Assembly: GCA_963720325.1 (NCBI GenBank)
Contig: CAVRFE010000002.1
Coordinates: forward strand, 38,612-62,611
Source of the DNA: an uncultured Actinomycetota bacterium
Lineage (GTDB): Bacteria > Actinomycetota > Actinomycetes > Propionibacteriales > Actinopolymorphaceae
Reading direction: 5' to 3'
DNA: 24,000 nucleotides
The translations under genes were made by a program, and so were the position numbers. This document shows, one piece after another, positions 1 through 9,380 of the stretch; the stretch's first letter is position 1, and each line of letters opens with the position of its first letter. Under the pieces are notes generated by a model. The model made no database searches, was not told where the DNA came from, and saw only the letters and a program-made list of their open reading frames with translations.

Positions 1-1
1 G

Positions 2-484
2 GCCCTCGGTGTCGACAAGACGAACCCGAGCGACTACGCCGAACTCGAGGCGCTCACTCTGCGGGTGCGGGACTACCTGTCGGCGCTGGACCTGGAGCCG
101 GCGGCGTACGGTCTCATCCACGCCGACATCCACCTGGGCAACGTCCTGGTCGGGGCAACCGGCGAGTTCGTCTTCATCGACTTCGACCACTCCGGATTCG
201 GTTGGCGCGTGTACGACCTGACCAACTTCTACGAAGGCCCGGACCGGCGCGACGAGACGCAGCAGAAGTGGACCACGCTGCTCGCCGGGTACGAGAGCGT
301 GCGACCTCTCACCTCGTCCGAGCGGGACGCCATCCCGGTCCTCGCTGCGTGCCGAGGTCTGTGGGACGTGGGCGACTGGATCCGCGCGGCCAGCTGGCAC
401 GGTGCCGACTGGGATCCCGAGACGTTGTGCCAGCAGATCCTCGACCGGATCCGTCCACCACTGGCCGCCATGAACTGGACCTAG
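2..484 (+). CDS. Phosphotransferase (APH / choline-kinase-like kinase fold) family protein, C-terminal part; 5' end lies outside the window
   Basis: The frame of ORF 65..484 stays open back to the window edge (ALGVDKTNPSDYAELEAL...). It carries the catalytic-loop motif HADIHLGNVLV and the metal-binding FIDFDHSG. The gene ends at TAG 482-484. Confidence 0.8.
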   Translation, partial: ALGVDKTNPSDYAELEALTLRVRDYLSALDLEPAAYGLIHADIHLGNVLVGATGEFVFIDFDHSGFGWRVYDLTNFYEGPDRRDETQQKWTTLLAGYESVRPLTSSERDAIPVLAACRGLWDVGDWIRAASWHGADWDPETLCQQILDRIRPPLAAMNWT

Positions 485-669
485 CGCGCTGCGCCCGATC
501 ACTGGGACGCTCTCAACCCGTCGACCGGGCCTTGCCGTACAGGTGCAGATCGGTACGATCGTCGCAGCACGGATGATCATGGCGCGGAGCAATACAGCAC
601 CTGCGGTCTGGGGGAACCAAACGGGGCAGACCGTGTCAGACTGGTTGCACGAGCGTCTTGGAGGCCTCA

Positions 670-2355
670 ATGACCGTCGGCGACTCCCTTCCCCCCGGTA
701 GCGCTTTCGCGCCCAGCTCTCTTTCCTCCGACTCGCTTCCGCCTGGTGTCGACCCCACGAGGCCGAGTGCCGGCCGCATCTACGACCTGTTCCTCGGTGG
801 TACCGACTACCTCCAGGTCGACCTCAAGGTCGCGGAGGTCCTCCGGCAGTTGGCACCGGAGGCCGAGGACGGTGTCTGGGCAAACCGCGGCTTCCTCCAG
901 CGGTCCGCGCGCTGGATGGCACTCGAAGGCGTCGATCAGTTCATCGATATCGGCGCCGGACTACCGACCCGCAACAACACGCACGAGGCAGTTCAGTCGG
1001 TCAATCCCGACGCGCGGACGGTGTACGTCGACAACGACACGATGATCCTGGCGCACGCGCGCTCGCTGCTCGAGGGCACACCGAACACCGCCTACATCAG
1101 TGGCGACTTCCGGGACCCCGAGAGCGTTCTCAACGACCCCGAGCTCCGGGCAATGATCGACTTCGACAGGCCGGTCGGCCTGATGCTCACCATGATCCTT
1201 CATTTCGTCTCCAACGATGTCAACCCGGTCAGCCTCGTGCACCGGTATCTCGACGCTCTGGCGCCCGGTAGCTACCTCGCGCTGTCCCATGGCACCTCGT
1301 CACGCACCAACCCGGACGTGATCGAACGAGCCAAGGCGCTCTACGCCAATGCCACCGAGCAGCTCCACATCCGGACCGAGGAGGAGATCAACCAGTTCTT
1401 CGACGGCCTCGACTTCGTGCCGCCCTACGACGGTGCACCGGCGAAGCTCACCTACGTCGGTCTGTGGGGAGCGGAAGACCCCGAGGCGGCCGACAGTGAC
1501 GGGTCACGGTGGGTCATGTGCGGCGTCGGCCGTAAGCCGAGGCCGGTCCCGAAAGGAGTCGACACCTCCCGACCGGCGGCGGCCCGGGTGTACGACTACA
1601 TCCTCGGCGGAGAGATCAACTACGCGGTCGATCGGCAGGCTGTCGAGCACACCAAGCAAGGCGTTCCCGAGCTTCCCGACATCGCGTGGTCCAACCGCGG
1701 GTTCCATCAACGGGCCGCGAAGTGGCTCGCGGAAAGCGCGGGCATGCGGCAGTTCCTCGACATCGGTTCCGGGCTGCCGACGCAGAACAACACCCACGAA
1801 GTCGTCCAGCGGGTCGCGCCCGACGCCCACGTCGTCTACGTCGACATCGACCCGATGGTCAAGGCCCTTGCCGCCGACCTGCTGCGCGGATCGCCGCACA
1901 CCGCCGTCATCACCGGCGACGTACGCGATCCCGACGGCATCCTGCTCAACGCAGACGTACGGTCTCTGATCGACTTCAGCCAGCCGGTCGCGCTGTTCAT
2001 GACCGGACTCCTCATGTTGGTGCCGGACGAGTCCGATCCAACGGGACTGCTTCGGCGCTACATCGACGCGCTGGCACCGGGCAGTTATCTCGCCCTCACC
2101 CACCCCACCGCCGACAGGCAGGCGCCGGACAAGGCGGAGCGGATGAGCGGCGTGTTGGGCCGGGGCAGTTCGTTCACGCTGCGACCGAAGGAGTTCGTCG
2201 AGGGGCTGTTCGCCGGTCTGGAGTTCGTGCCGCCCTACCCCGACGCCGAAGCAGGGCTCACCTGGGCGGGACTGTGGGGAGCGGAAGACCCCGAGGCGGC
2301 TGACAGCGACGGTTCCCGGTGGATGTACTGCGGGGTCGCGCGCAAGCCCGCGTAG
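670..2355 (+). CDS. Fused tandem pair of SAM-dependent methyltransferase modules (PF04672 / DUF574-like 'S-adenosyl methyltransferase'), two complete copies in one ORF
   Basis: GGAGG at 660-664 lies 5 nt before ATG 670; the ORF track starts at TTG 658. Both halves carry R[IV]YDxxLGG, [AS]NRGF, F[IL]DIG[AS]GLPTxNNTHE, VYVDxD, DALAPGSYLAL[ST]H and GLWGAEDPEAADSDGSRW. The halves are joined by RKPRPVPKG with no stop codon. Confidence 0.85.
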   Translation: MTVGDSLPPGSAFAPSSLSSDSLPPGVDPTRPSAGRIYDLFLGGTDYLQVDLKVAEVLRQLAPEAEDGVWANRGFLQRSARWMALEGVDQFIDIGAGLPTRNNTHEAVQSVNPDARTVYVDNDTMILAHARSLLEGTPNTAYISGDFRDPESVLNDPELRAMIDFDRPVGLMLTMILHFVSNDVNPVSLVHRYLDALAPGSYLALSHGTSSRTNPDVIERAKALYANATEQLHIRTEEEINQFFDGLDFVPPYDGAPAKLTYVGLWGAEDPEAADSDGSRWVMCGVGRKPRPVPKGVDTSRPAAARVYDYILGGEINYAVDRQAVEHTKQGVPELPDIAWSNRGFHQRAAKWLAESAGMRQFLDIGSGLPTQNNTHEVVQRVAPDAHVVYVDIDPMVKALAADLLRGSPHTAVITGDVRDPDGILLNADVRSLIDFSQPVALFMTGLLMLVPDESDPTGLLRRYIDALAPGSYLALTHPTADRQAPDKAERMSGVLGRGSSFTLRPKEFVEGLFAGLEFVPPYPDAEAGLTWAGLWGAEDPEAADSDGSRWMYCGVARKPA

Positions 2356-2413
2356 CTGCGCAGCGGCGCGCCGAGCGACGCCACGCGCCCCGGGTCGCCG
2401 GAGTGTCCCAAGG

Positions 2414-3040
2414 ATGCTGGACGATGGTGCGATGACCACGCCGGTTGACCTCGCCCCGTCCGCTCGTCAGGTGGCATCCCTGGTGCGCGGCATCACCGAT
2501 GACCAGCTCACCGTCAGGACACCCTGTGAGGCCTACGTGGTCGGCGACCTGCTCGACCATCTGATGGGGCTGACGGTCGCGTTCAGGGACGCCGCCGAGA
2601 AGACCTCCCAGACGGCCGCCGAGTCAGGAAACGACGTCGGACCTGGGTCGCCATCCGCGGCCCACCTCGATCCGGACTGGCGCCGCCAGCTCCCGATCCA
2701 ACTCGACGCGATGGCCGCGGCGTGGCGGGAGCCGACGGCGTGGGAAGGCATGACGGCGGCCGGTGGCATCGGCCTGCCCGCCGAGGTGGCCGGTCTGGTC
2801 GCCGTCGACGAGTTGGTGATGCACGGTTGGGACCTCGCCATGGCCACCGGTCAACAGTTCGAGTGCGACCCGGCGAGCGCCCAGGCCAGCCTCGAGTTCG
2901 CGTCGATGTCGGCCGCGCCCGGGCAGGAGGCCTCCCGCGAAGGATTGTTCGGCCCGGTAGTCGAGGTCCCGACCGACGCACCGTTGCTGCACCGCGCCCT
3001 TGGCCTCGCCGGCCGCGACCCGTCGTGGTCGCCGTCCTGA
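2414..3040 (+). CDS. TIGR03086-type / DinB-like (mycothiol maleylpyruvate isomerase N-terminal-like) family protein
   Basis: The N-terminal pattern ...ITDDQLTVRTPCEAYVVGDLLDHLMG is typical of this actinobacterial family, as I recall it. GC3 is high. An alternative start is ATG 2432 (MTTPVDL). Confidence 0.65.
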   Translation: MLDDGAMTTPVDLAPSARQVASLVRGITDDQLTVRTPCEAYVVGDLLDHLMGLTVAFRDAAEKTSQTAAESGNDVGPGSPSAAHLDPDWRRQLPIQLDAMAAAWREPTAWEGMTAAGGIGLPAEVAGLVAVDELVMHGWDLAMATGQQFECDPASAQASLEFASMSAAPGQEASREGLFGPVVEVPTDAPLLHRALGLAGRDPSWSPS

Positions 3041-3062
3041 CCTGATGTCCCAGCCGCTTCCG

Positions 3063-6000
3063 TCAGGCGGCCGACAGCACCAGTCCCGTTTCCGCGCAGA
3101 TCGCCGACGCCTGCTGCTCGTACTCCGTCGCCGCCCCGGCGTCCCCGACGCGTTCGGCGACCTGGCCGAGCAGGTGCAGGGTGCGCGCCTCGCCTGGTCG
3201 GTGGGCGGTCTCCCGGTGGACGGCCAGAGCGTCCCGGGCAAGTGAGCCGGCGGTGTCCAGGTCGTCGCCGTACAGGTGGACTCGTGCGAGCAGCGTCGTG
3301 GCGACCCCGATGTACGCCCGCGCACCCTGGTCCTGCGCCGTGGCCAGTGCGGAGCGGGCGGTGTCGCGTGACCCGTCGAGATCGCCGAGCCGCAGCTGCC
3401 CAGTACCCAGGGCGAGCAGGCCGTCGATGAGTTCCAGCTGGTGGCGCCCTTCGGAGAAGATCTGAACCGCCTGCCGCCCATGGCGTACGGCGTCCTGGTT
3501 GCGTCCGAGCCGGAGTTCGGCCTCGGCGAACAGGACCAGGCTGTAGCCCTCCAGCCTGCGGTTGCCGAGCTCTTCGGCAAGCTGCGCGACCTGCGTGGCG
3601 TGCGATATCGCCTGCTCGTGGTGGCCGAGGTCGCCGCAGACGTTGGCGAGATTGGCGTACGCGGCCAACCGTGCGGACGGGTAGCGGATCTCGCAGTGGA
3701 GCGCGAGCGCCTGGTCGAGGAGGTCCTGCGCTTCGCGCAACCGCCCCTGCCAGCGGTAGATCTCGGCGAGGTTCGACAGCACCACGGCGGTCCGCTGGGG
3801 TGCGCCGGTCTCGCGGGCGAGGGCGAGGGTGTCCTCCAGCCGTTCGGCCGCGAGAGGCAGCATGCCGAGATGCCAGTAGGCCATGCCGACGTTCATCTGG
3901 TGGACGGCCTGGGACTCCCGGTTGCCGAGGGTGCGGTCGATCGCGATCGCCCGCTCCAGCAGTTCGACTCCGGACTGCAGGCCACCTTGCTCGAAGCGGA
4001 CGCCGGCCAGTTCGTTGAGTGCCAGCGACTCGCCCTCACGCCAGCCGACCTGCCGGCACAGGTCGAGCGCCCGCGCACCGTGCTCGTGCGCGCTGTCGTA
4101 GTCGCTGGTGCACCGGAAGGCCTGGGCGAGGCCGACCTCACCCGCCGCCATGCCCGTGGCGTCACCGGCCGACGAGGCCGCCGTCAGCCCGAGCGTCGCG
4201 GCAGCCACCCAGTCGGCGGGACGGTAGAAGAAGTAGAAGGCACGCAGCGCGTCGGTAAAAATCCACGCCGGCGGATCCTTCGCCCGCTCGGCAGCGCAGG
4301 CGACCATTGGCAGCAGGTTGGCCCGTTCGGCTTCGAGCCAGGCACCGGCGCTGCTGCGATCGGCGAACGTCGAACCCGCGATATCCCGGTCGAGGGGAGT
4401 GGCCAGCCGGTACGCATGCGGGAAGGCCAGCGTCACGGCGTGGTCGATCGTCGCGAGGTACCAGTGCAGCAACCGCCGGACGGCCTCGTCCCGATCGGCC
4501 GGGTCGTCCTCGTCCTGGGCCCGCCGCCCGGCGTAGAGCCGCAGCAGGTCGTGAAACGCATACCTCGCGCGGCCCCGTCGTTCGAGCAGGTGACAGGACA
4601 CCAGGCGTCGGAGTCCCAGGTCCGCCTCCTCGAGCGCCGCCCCGACGACCGCGGCAGCCGCGTCGGCGGTGAAGTCGGCACCGGGTATCAGGCTCGCCAG
4701 CCGGAAGAGGCGGCGCGTCGTGCCGTCGAGCCGGTCGTAGGACAGGTCGAGGGTCGCGGCGAGGCTGTTCTCGGTGTCGCCGTCGACCCGGATCGCCTGC
4801 AGCCGGTCGCCGACCACGAGTGCGTCGACCTGGGACGCGATGGTGGCGTGCGGGTCCGCCACCAGGTTGGCCGCGACGATCCGCAGCGCCAGCGGGAGGT
4901 GGCCACAGAGCTCGGCCAGCCTGGCCGCGGCCTCGGTCTGCGGCTCGATCCGCTCGGCGCTGAGGATCCGGGCGAGTAGCCCACCGCTCTCCTGCGGTGT
5001 CAGCCGGTCGAGGTCGACCCGTCGGGCCGCGTCCAGAGCGACCAGGCCGGTGAGCTGGTCGCGGCTGGTGATCAGGACGAGGCAACCGGGACTGCCGGGC
5101 AGCAGGGGGCGGACCTGGCTCGGCCGTCCCAGCGTTGTCGAGGATGATCAAGACCCGCTTGTCGGCCAGCTGGGAGCGGTAGAGAGCGGCGGCTTCCTCG
5201 ACGTCGGGCGGAATCCGGTCGGGTCCAATGCCCAGCGCACGCAGGAACTGCTGCAGGACGTCGGCAGGTTGTCGCGGTGCCGTGGGTGCGTGGCCGCGCA
5301 GGTTGACGTACAGCTGCCCGTCGGGAAACCGGTCGGCGATCTGGTGCGCCCAGTGCACGGCCAGGGTGGTCTTGCCGACCCCGCCGGACCCGGCGACCGT
5401 CACGATCGTGACCGCACCCGGAGCGGCCGTGGGGTCGGGCGCCAGCGCGTCGAGCCGGCGGAGATAAGCCCCGCGGCCGGTGAAGTCGGCGATGTCGGCG
5501 GGCAGCTGACGGGGAAGGGTAGGCCGTGACCCTGGCGAAGCCACCTCGACCAACGGTTGGTCGAGCTCGGGACTGCCGGTGAGCACCTGCTGGTGCAGTT
5601 CCTGGACGAACCGGCTGGGTTCGACTCCCAACTCCTCGTCGAGCTTGCCGCGCAGGTCGCGGTAGGCCGCGAGTGCGTCGGCCTGCCGTCCGCAGCGGTA
5701 GAGCGCGAGCATCAGCAGCGACCAGAGGCGTTCGCGGAACGGCTCGGCCTCGATCAGGGCCTGCAGTTCGGGCACCAGTTCGGCGTGCTGGCCGAGGGCG
5801 AGGTCGGCGTCCAGGCGGGACTCCAACACCGACAGGCGCTGCTCGTTCAACCGGTCTGCCTCGGACCGGATCGCCGCGGTCTGGGCGACGTCGGCGTACG
5901 CGGGACCACGCCACAACGCCAGCGCCTCCGCCAGTACGGTGTGGGCGCGCTCGGCGTCGCCGGTGTGGAGGGCCTGGGTGCCTTCCTGGGCAAGGGACTC

Positions 6001-6306
6001 GAACCGGTGCGCGTCGAGATCGCCCGCGCCGAGATCCAGCTCGTAGCCCGGTGACTGGGTGCGGAGCAGCTGGCCTTCGCTGTCGTCGAGTGCCGCGCGC
6101 AGGCGCCAGACGTACCCGTGGATCTGGTTCACCGAGCTGCCGACCGGACCGTCCGGCCACAGCTCCTCGACCAGCCGCTCGACCGACACGGGCCGGTTGG
6201 CGTTGATCACCAGGTTCGCCAGCAGGGTGCGCTGCTTTGCCGCTGACAGCCGCCGCCACTGGTCGCGCCCGTGAAGCTCCAACGGCCCCAGGACCCGAAC
6301 CCGCAT
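3063..6306 (-). pseudogene. AfsR/SARP-family regulator (OmpR-type winged helix + BTAD + NB-ARC P-loop NTPase + TPR), interrupted by a single-base frameshift near 5116-5117
   Basis: ATG 6306 is preceded by GGAGGA. The N-terminus reads MRVRVLGPLELHG...; Walker A is GSGGVGKTTLA and Walker B is VLIILDNA. After ...LDNAGTAE the frame of ORF 4162..6375 becomes Pro/Arg-rich nonsense. The frame of ORF 3063..4862 is open from about 5145 and reads QVRPLLPGSPGCLVLITSRDQLTGL... through the TPR region to TGA 3063. Removing one C from minus-strand GAGCCAGGTC gives an uninterrupted 1080-aa protein. Confidence 0.85.
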
Positions 6307-6441
6307 GATCCTCCTCGTCCGTTGCCACCATCGACCACGCGGTGACGCTGGCCTCCGCCCAGATGCCGTGGGCACCGAGCGTAGCCGGAATTGAGGTTCG
6401 GCTGAGATTGGCTAGAGCGACCTGGACTTAGCTCTTTGGGC

Positions 6442-8400
6442 ATGCTGGCCATGAACAGGTTGACTGCCCGGACGGCGGTGATCGCTCTCGTCGGGCTGCT
6501 GGCCGTCCTCGTCGGCGACGTAGGTCCCGCCCAGCCGGTGTACGCCGAGGAAGCCGAGCGCGGCACGCTGCTGATGGTCCTGGACTCGTCCGGCTCGATG
6601 AAGGAGCCCGACGTGTCGGGATCGACCAAGATCGCCGCCGCCAAGCAGGCCCTCACCACCGTCGTGGACAAGCTGCCGGAGGCCGCTCCGGTGGGCCTGC
6701 GGGTCTACGGCGCGACGGTGTTCGAGAAGTCCGACCCGGGCGCGTGCACCGACTCCCAGCTCGTCGTGCCGATCGGACCCGCCGACAAGCCCGCGCTGAA
6801 GCAGGCGATCGGACGTTACAAGCCGTACGGTGAGACGCCCATCGCCTACAGCCTCCAGCAGGCGGCCAAGGACCTTGGTACGAAGGGCCAACGCACCATC
6901 GTGCTGGTCTCCGACGGCGAGGAGACCTGCGACGCCGATCCGTGCGCGGTCGCGAGAGCGATCCACGACAAGGGAATCGACCTGAAGATCGACGTGGTCG
7001 GCCTGCATGTCGACGCCGCGGCGAAGAAGCAGCTGACCTGTGTCGCCAAGGCGGGCGGCGGAAAGTACTACGACGCCGACGATGCGGCCGACCTGACGGC
7101 GACCCTGGACCAGACTGCACTTCGCGCCTTCCGGCCGTTCACCTTGTCGGGTACGCCGGTGCAAGGCGCGACCACCGAGTCGGCGGCCGCGCTGCAGGTC
7201 GAGCCTGGCCAGTACACCGACGAGCTCGGTGGCACCGCCGAGGAGACCGGCCGCCGCTACTACACGATCGAGCCGGCACCCGGCGCGAGTGTGCACGTCG
7301 GGTTCACCGCGTACCCGCCGGCTCGCGAAGGCGCGCAGGGTTACAAGGATGCGGCCAAGCTGGCTTTGCGTACGCCTGATGGCACGGAGTGCGTCTCTGC
7401 GACCAGCCTGCAGATGCAGGCGGGCACCCGGCCGATTCTCGTCGGCAGCCTCGCGTTCATCCCGCAACAGGTGGACGAGGGCTCACCGTGCGCCTCGGCC
7501 GAGCACCTGGTGCTGGAGATCCAGCGGGGTACGGGGGATGCGATCGCCAACCCGGCGCCGGAGACCGGGATGATCGCGTTCGAGTTCCTGGTAGTCCCCG
7601 AGCCTCCGCTGGCCGACGACAATGGCCTGCCCGAGCCGCTCGGGACCGATACGGTTCCGGTGCAGGACGCCGTGGTCGCACCCGGCGAGCAGCGGGGGAA
7701 GACGGCCGGCGGTGGCGGGTTCTCCCAGGCGGCCACGCTGGAGCCGGGAACCTGGACCGACAGCATCCAGCCGGGCGAGGTCCTCTTCTACCGGGTGCGT
7801 GCCGAGTGGGGACAGACGCCGGCGGTGAGCTTCAAGGTGCATCCCAGCGCCCAGGCCGAACAGGTGCTGGGAGCCAGCGGTGTCAACGCGAAGCTGGACG
7901 CCTTCGGGCCTACGCGGGCCCAGGTGCACAACGCGGACCTGCACTCCGTGGTGGCAACGCAGCCGACGACGTTGACGAGTTCCCTGCTTCCGGTGCGCTA
8001 TCGCAACCGGGAGGGTGCCCTGTCGGACGGTTCCGCGCGGCGGAGGATGGCACTCGCCGGGTACTACTACTTCACCATCACCATGGACACCGCCGACGGC
8101 AAGTTCGAGCTGCCGATGGACGTCTCCGTAGCGGTCAGCGGTGAACCGTCGGGCCAGCCGAACTACGAGGAGCTGCCCTCGCCGGGGCCGAGCGCCGGGA
8201 AGGACGCGCAGAGCGGCGAGGGTGCCGGGCCTGCGCCAGCTGAGCCGGCTGGTGACGCCGTCGCCGCGGAGGAGCGGAAAGGCATCGAGATCCCGCTCAT
8301 GCCGGTCGCGCTCGCCGGAGGTGTTGGTCTGCTCGTGATCGCCGGCATCATCCTGATCGCCGTACACCTCGGCCGCCGCAACCGCCGCCGCGTCAGCTGA
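6442..8400 (+). CDS. Secreted, C-terminally membrane-anchored von Willebrand factor A (VWA) domain protein
   Basis: Signal peptide is ...TAVIALVGLLAVLVGDVGPAQPVYA/EE. MIDAS residues are VLDSSGSM, YGETP and VSDGEET. An unassigned region of roughly 350 aa follows the VWA domain (about 400 aa counting the acidic/Gly-Pro-rich stretch). The protein ends with a TM helix (VALAGGVGLLVIAGIILIAV) and an RRNRRR tail. The start is uncertain: TTG 6436, ATG 6442 or ATG 6451. Confidence 0.85.
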   Translation: MLAMNRLTARTAVIALVGLLAVLVGDVGPAQPVYAEEAERGTLLMVLDSSGSMKEPDVSGSTKIAAAKQALTTVVDKLPEAAPVGLRVYGATVFEKSDPGACTDSQLVVPIGPADKPALKQAIGRYKPYGETPIAYSLQQAAKDLGTKGQRTIVLVSDGEETCDADPCAVARAIHDKGIDLKIDVVGLHVDAAAKKQLTCVAKAGGGKYYDADDAADLTATLDQTALRAFRPFTLSGTPVQGATTESAAALQVEPGQYTDELGGTAEETGRRYYTIEPAPGASVHVGFTAYPPAREGAQGYKDAAKLALRTPDGTECVSATSLQMQAGTRPILVGSLAFIPQQVDEGSPCASAEHLVLEIQRGTGDAIANPAPETGMIAFEFLVVPEPPLADDNGLPEPLGTDTVPVQDAVVAPGEQRGKTAGGGGFSQAATLEPGTWTDSIQPGEVLFYRVRAEWGQTPAVSFKVHPSAQAEQVLGASGVNAKLDAFGPTRAQVHNADLHSVVATQPTTLTSSLLPVRYRNREGALSDGSARRRMALAGYYYFTITMDTADGKFELPMDVSVAVSGEPSGQPNYEELPSPGPSAGKDAQSGEGAGPAPAEPAGDAVAAEERKGIEIPLMPVALAGGVGLLVIAGIILIAVHLGRRNRRRVS

Positions 8401-8604
8401 GCACGTCTGCTCCCTACGGTCGTAGCCTCAGCTTCTACCCACGCGTCGTCCGAGCCACGGCAGGATCGACACGGCCGAACAGAAACTTTCTGGGTACGAG
8501 TACGCGTGGCTTTGGGGCGACCAGGTCAGCTCGTCGCGGGCGTGAGGTGACCGGCGCAGGACTCGGGCGACCCCCCCGACTTCCGTCCGTCCGGGCACAC
8601 GACA

Positions 8605-9255
8605 TCAGCCCACGTCACCTCGGACAGGTCGACGCTGTTCGAGCCGGGCGCCGCGCAGCGTGGAGTTGATGAACCAGGTGCCGGTGAGGTCGGCACCCCG
8701 CAGGTCGGCGCGGGAGAGGTCGGACCGCTTGAACACGGCCGAGCTCAGGTTGGCGCCCTCGAGGTTCGCGCGGCGAAATCCGGCGTCGGTGAGGGTGGTC
8801 CCGTCGGCGAGCGAGGCGCGTCGCAGGTCGGCACGGGAAAGGTCCACGCCGTCCAGCATGGCGCCGTCGAGTACGGCATCGGACAGGTCGGCATCGGCAA
8901 GATCGACGTTGGCGAGCGTGGCGTTGCGAAGACTTGCCCGGTGCAGGTTGGCGCGGGTGAGCTTGATCTCGTCCAGGCGCTGGTCGTCCAGCGTGGCGCG
9001 TTCGAGGTTGGCGCACCGCCAGGGCCGGCGGGCGAGGTCGGACCCGGTCACCGTACGACCGGACAGGTTGGGACCGCTCGCGCCGCTGGGGCACGTCTTG
9101 CCGTGGGTCTCCTCGCCCAGGTCGCCCAGCGCGCCGCAACCGACCAGCAGGCTCGCGGCGAGCGTGGCAGCCAGTCCCGCCGCCAGACGCGTTGCCAGTC
9201 CCGTTGCCAGTCCCGTCGGCCAGTCCCGCGGCCAGCCGCCATCGTGCACGCGCAC
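8605..9255 (-). CDS. Pentapeptide-repeat lipoprotein
   Basis: About 30 consecutive A(D/N)LxX pentapeptides (ANLHRASLRNATLANVDLADADLSDAVLDGAMLDG...). The lipoprotein signal is LAAGLAATLAASLLVGC (lipobox LVGC). The preferred start is GTG 9255 (or 9249), with GAGGTG 4 nt upstream. The ORF-track extension to 9492 runs through palindromic, low-GC3 sequence. Confidence 0.75.
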   Translation of the reverse strand: MRVHDGGWPRDWPTGLATGLATRLAAGLAATLAASLLVGCGALGDLGEETHGKTCPSGASGPNLSGRTVTGSDLARRPWRCANLERATLDDQRLDEIKLTRANLHRASLRNATLANVDLADADLSDAVLDGAMLDGVDLSRADLRRASLADGTTLTDAGFRRANLEGANLSSAVFKRSDLSRADLRGADLTGTWFINSTLRGARLEQRRPVRGDVG

Positions 9256-9313
9256 CCGCCACCTCGCAGTCGCCCCCCGCCTGTTCCGTATCCGGCCCGA
9301 GCTGTCTGCCCGG

Positions 9314-9357
9314 CCTGCCCCGCCTGCCCGGCGAGTTGCCTGCCCCGCCTGCCCGGC
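9314..9357. repeat. Perfect 19-bp direct repeat CCTGCCCCGCCTGCCCGGC x2, separated by GAGTTG
   Basis: Copies at 9314-9332 and 9339-9357. The region lies 5' of the pentapeptide lipoprotein gene. Confidence 0.8.
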
Positions 9358-9380
9358 AGGCTCCGCCGGCCCGGCCTGCC

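Noticed and set aside
485-657. Possible SAM-type riboswitch or other leader upstream of the methyltransferase fusion
   Set aside because: The region has only short hairpins, for example GGTCTG(605-610)/CAGACC(627-632). I could not recognise conserved riboswitch cores. A covariance-model scan (Rfam) would be needed.
3441-4979. 512-aa plus-strand ORF opposite the AfsR-like gene
   Set aside because: It is a shadow ORF typical of high-GC DNA. The translation is Arg/Gly/Pro/Val-rich with no recognisable motif. The opposite strand encodes clear NB-ARC/TPR sequence with high GC3.
4162-5110. C-terminal ~320 aa of the 737-aa ORF 4162..6375
   Set aside because: After LDNAGTAE the translation turns into Pro/Arg/Gly-rich nonsense. 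Another frame continues the NB-ARC domain, so this part is an out-of-frame read-through caused by the frameshift.
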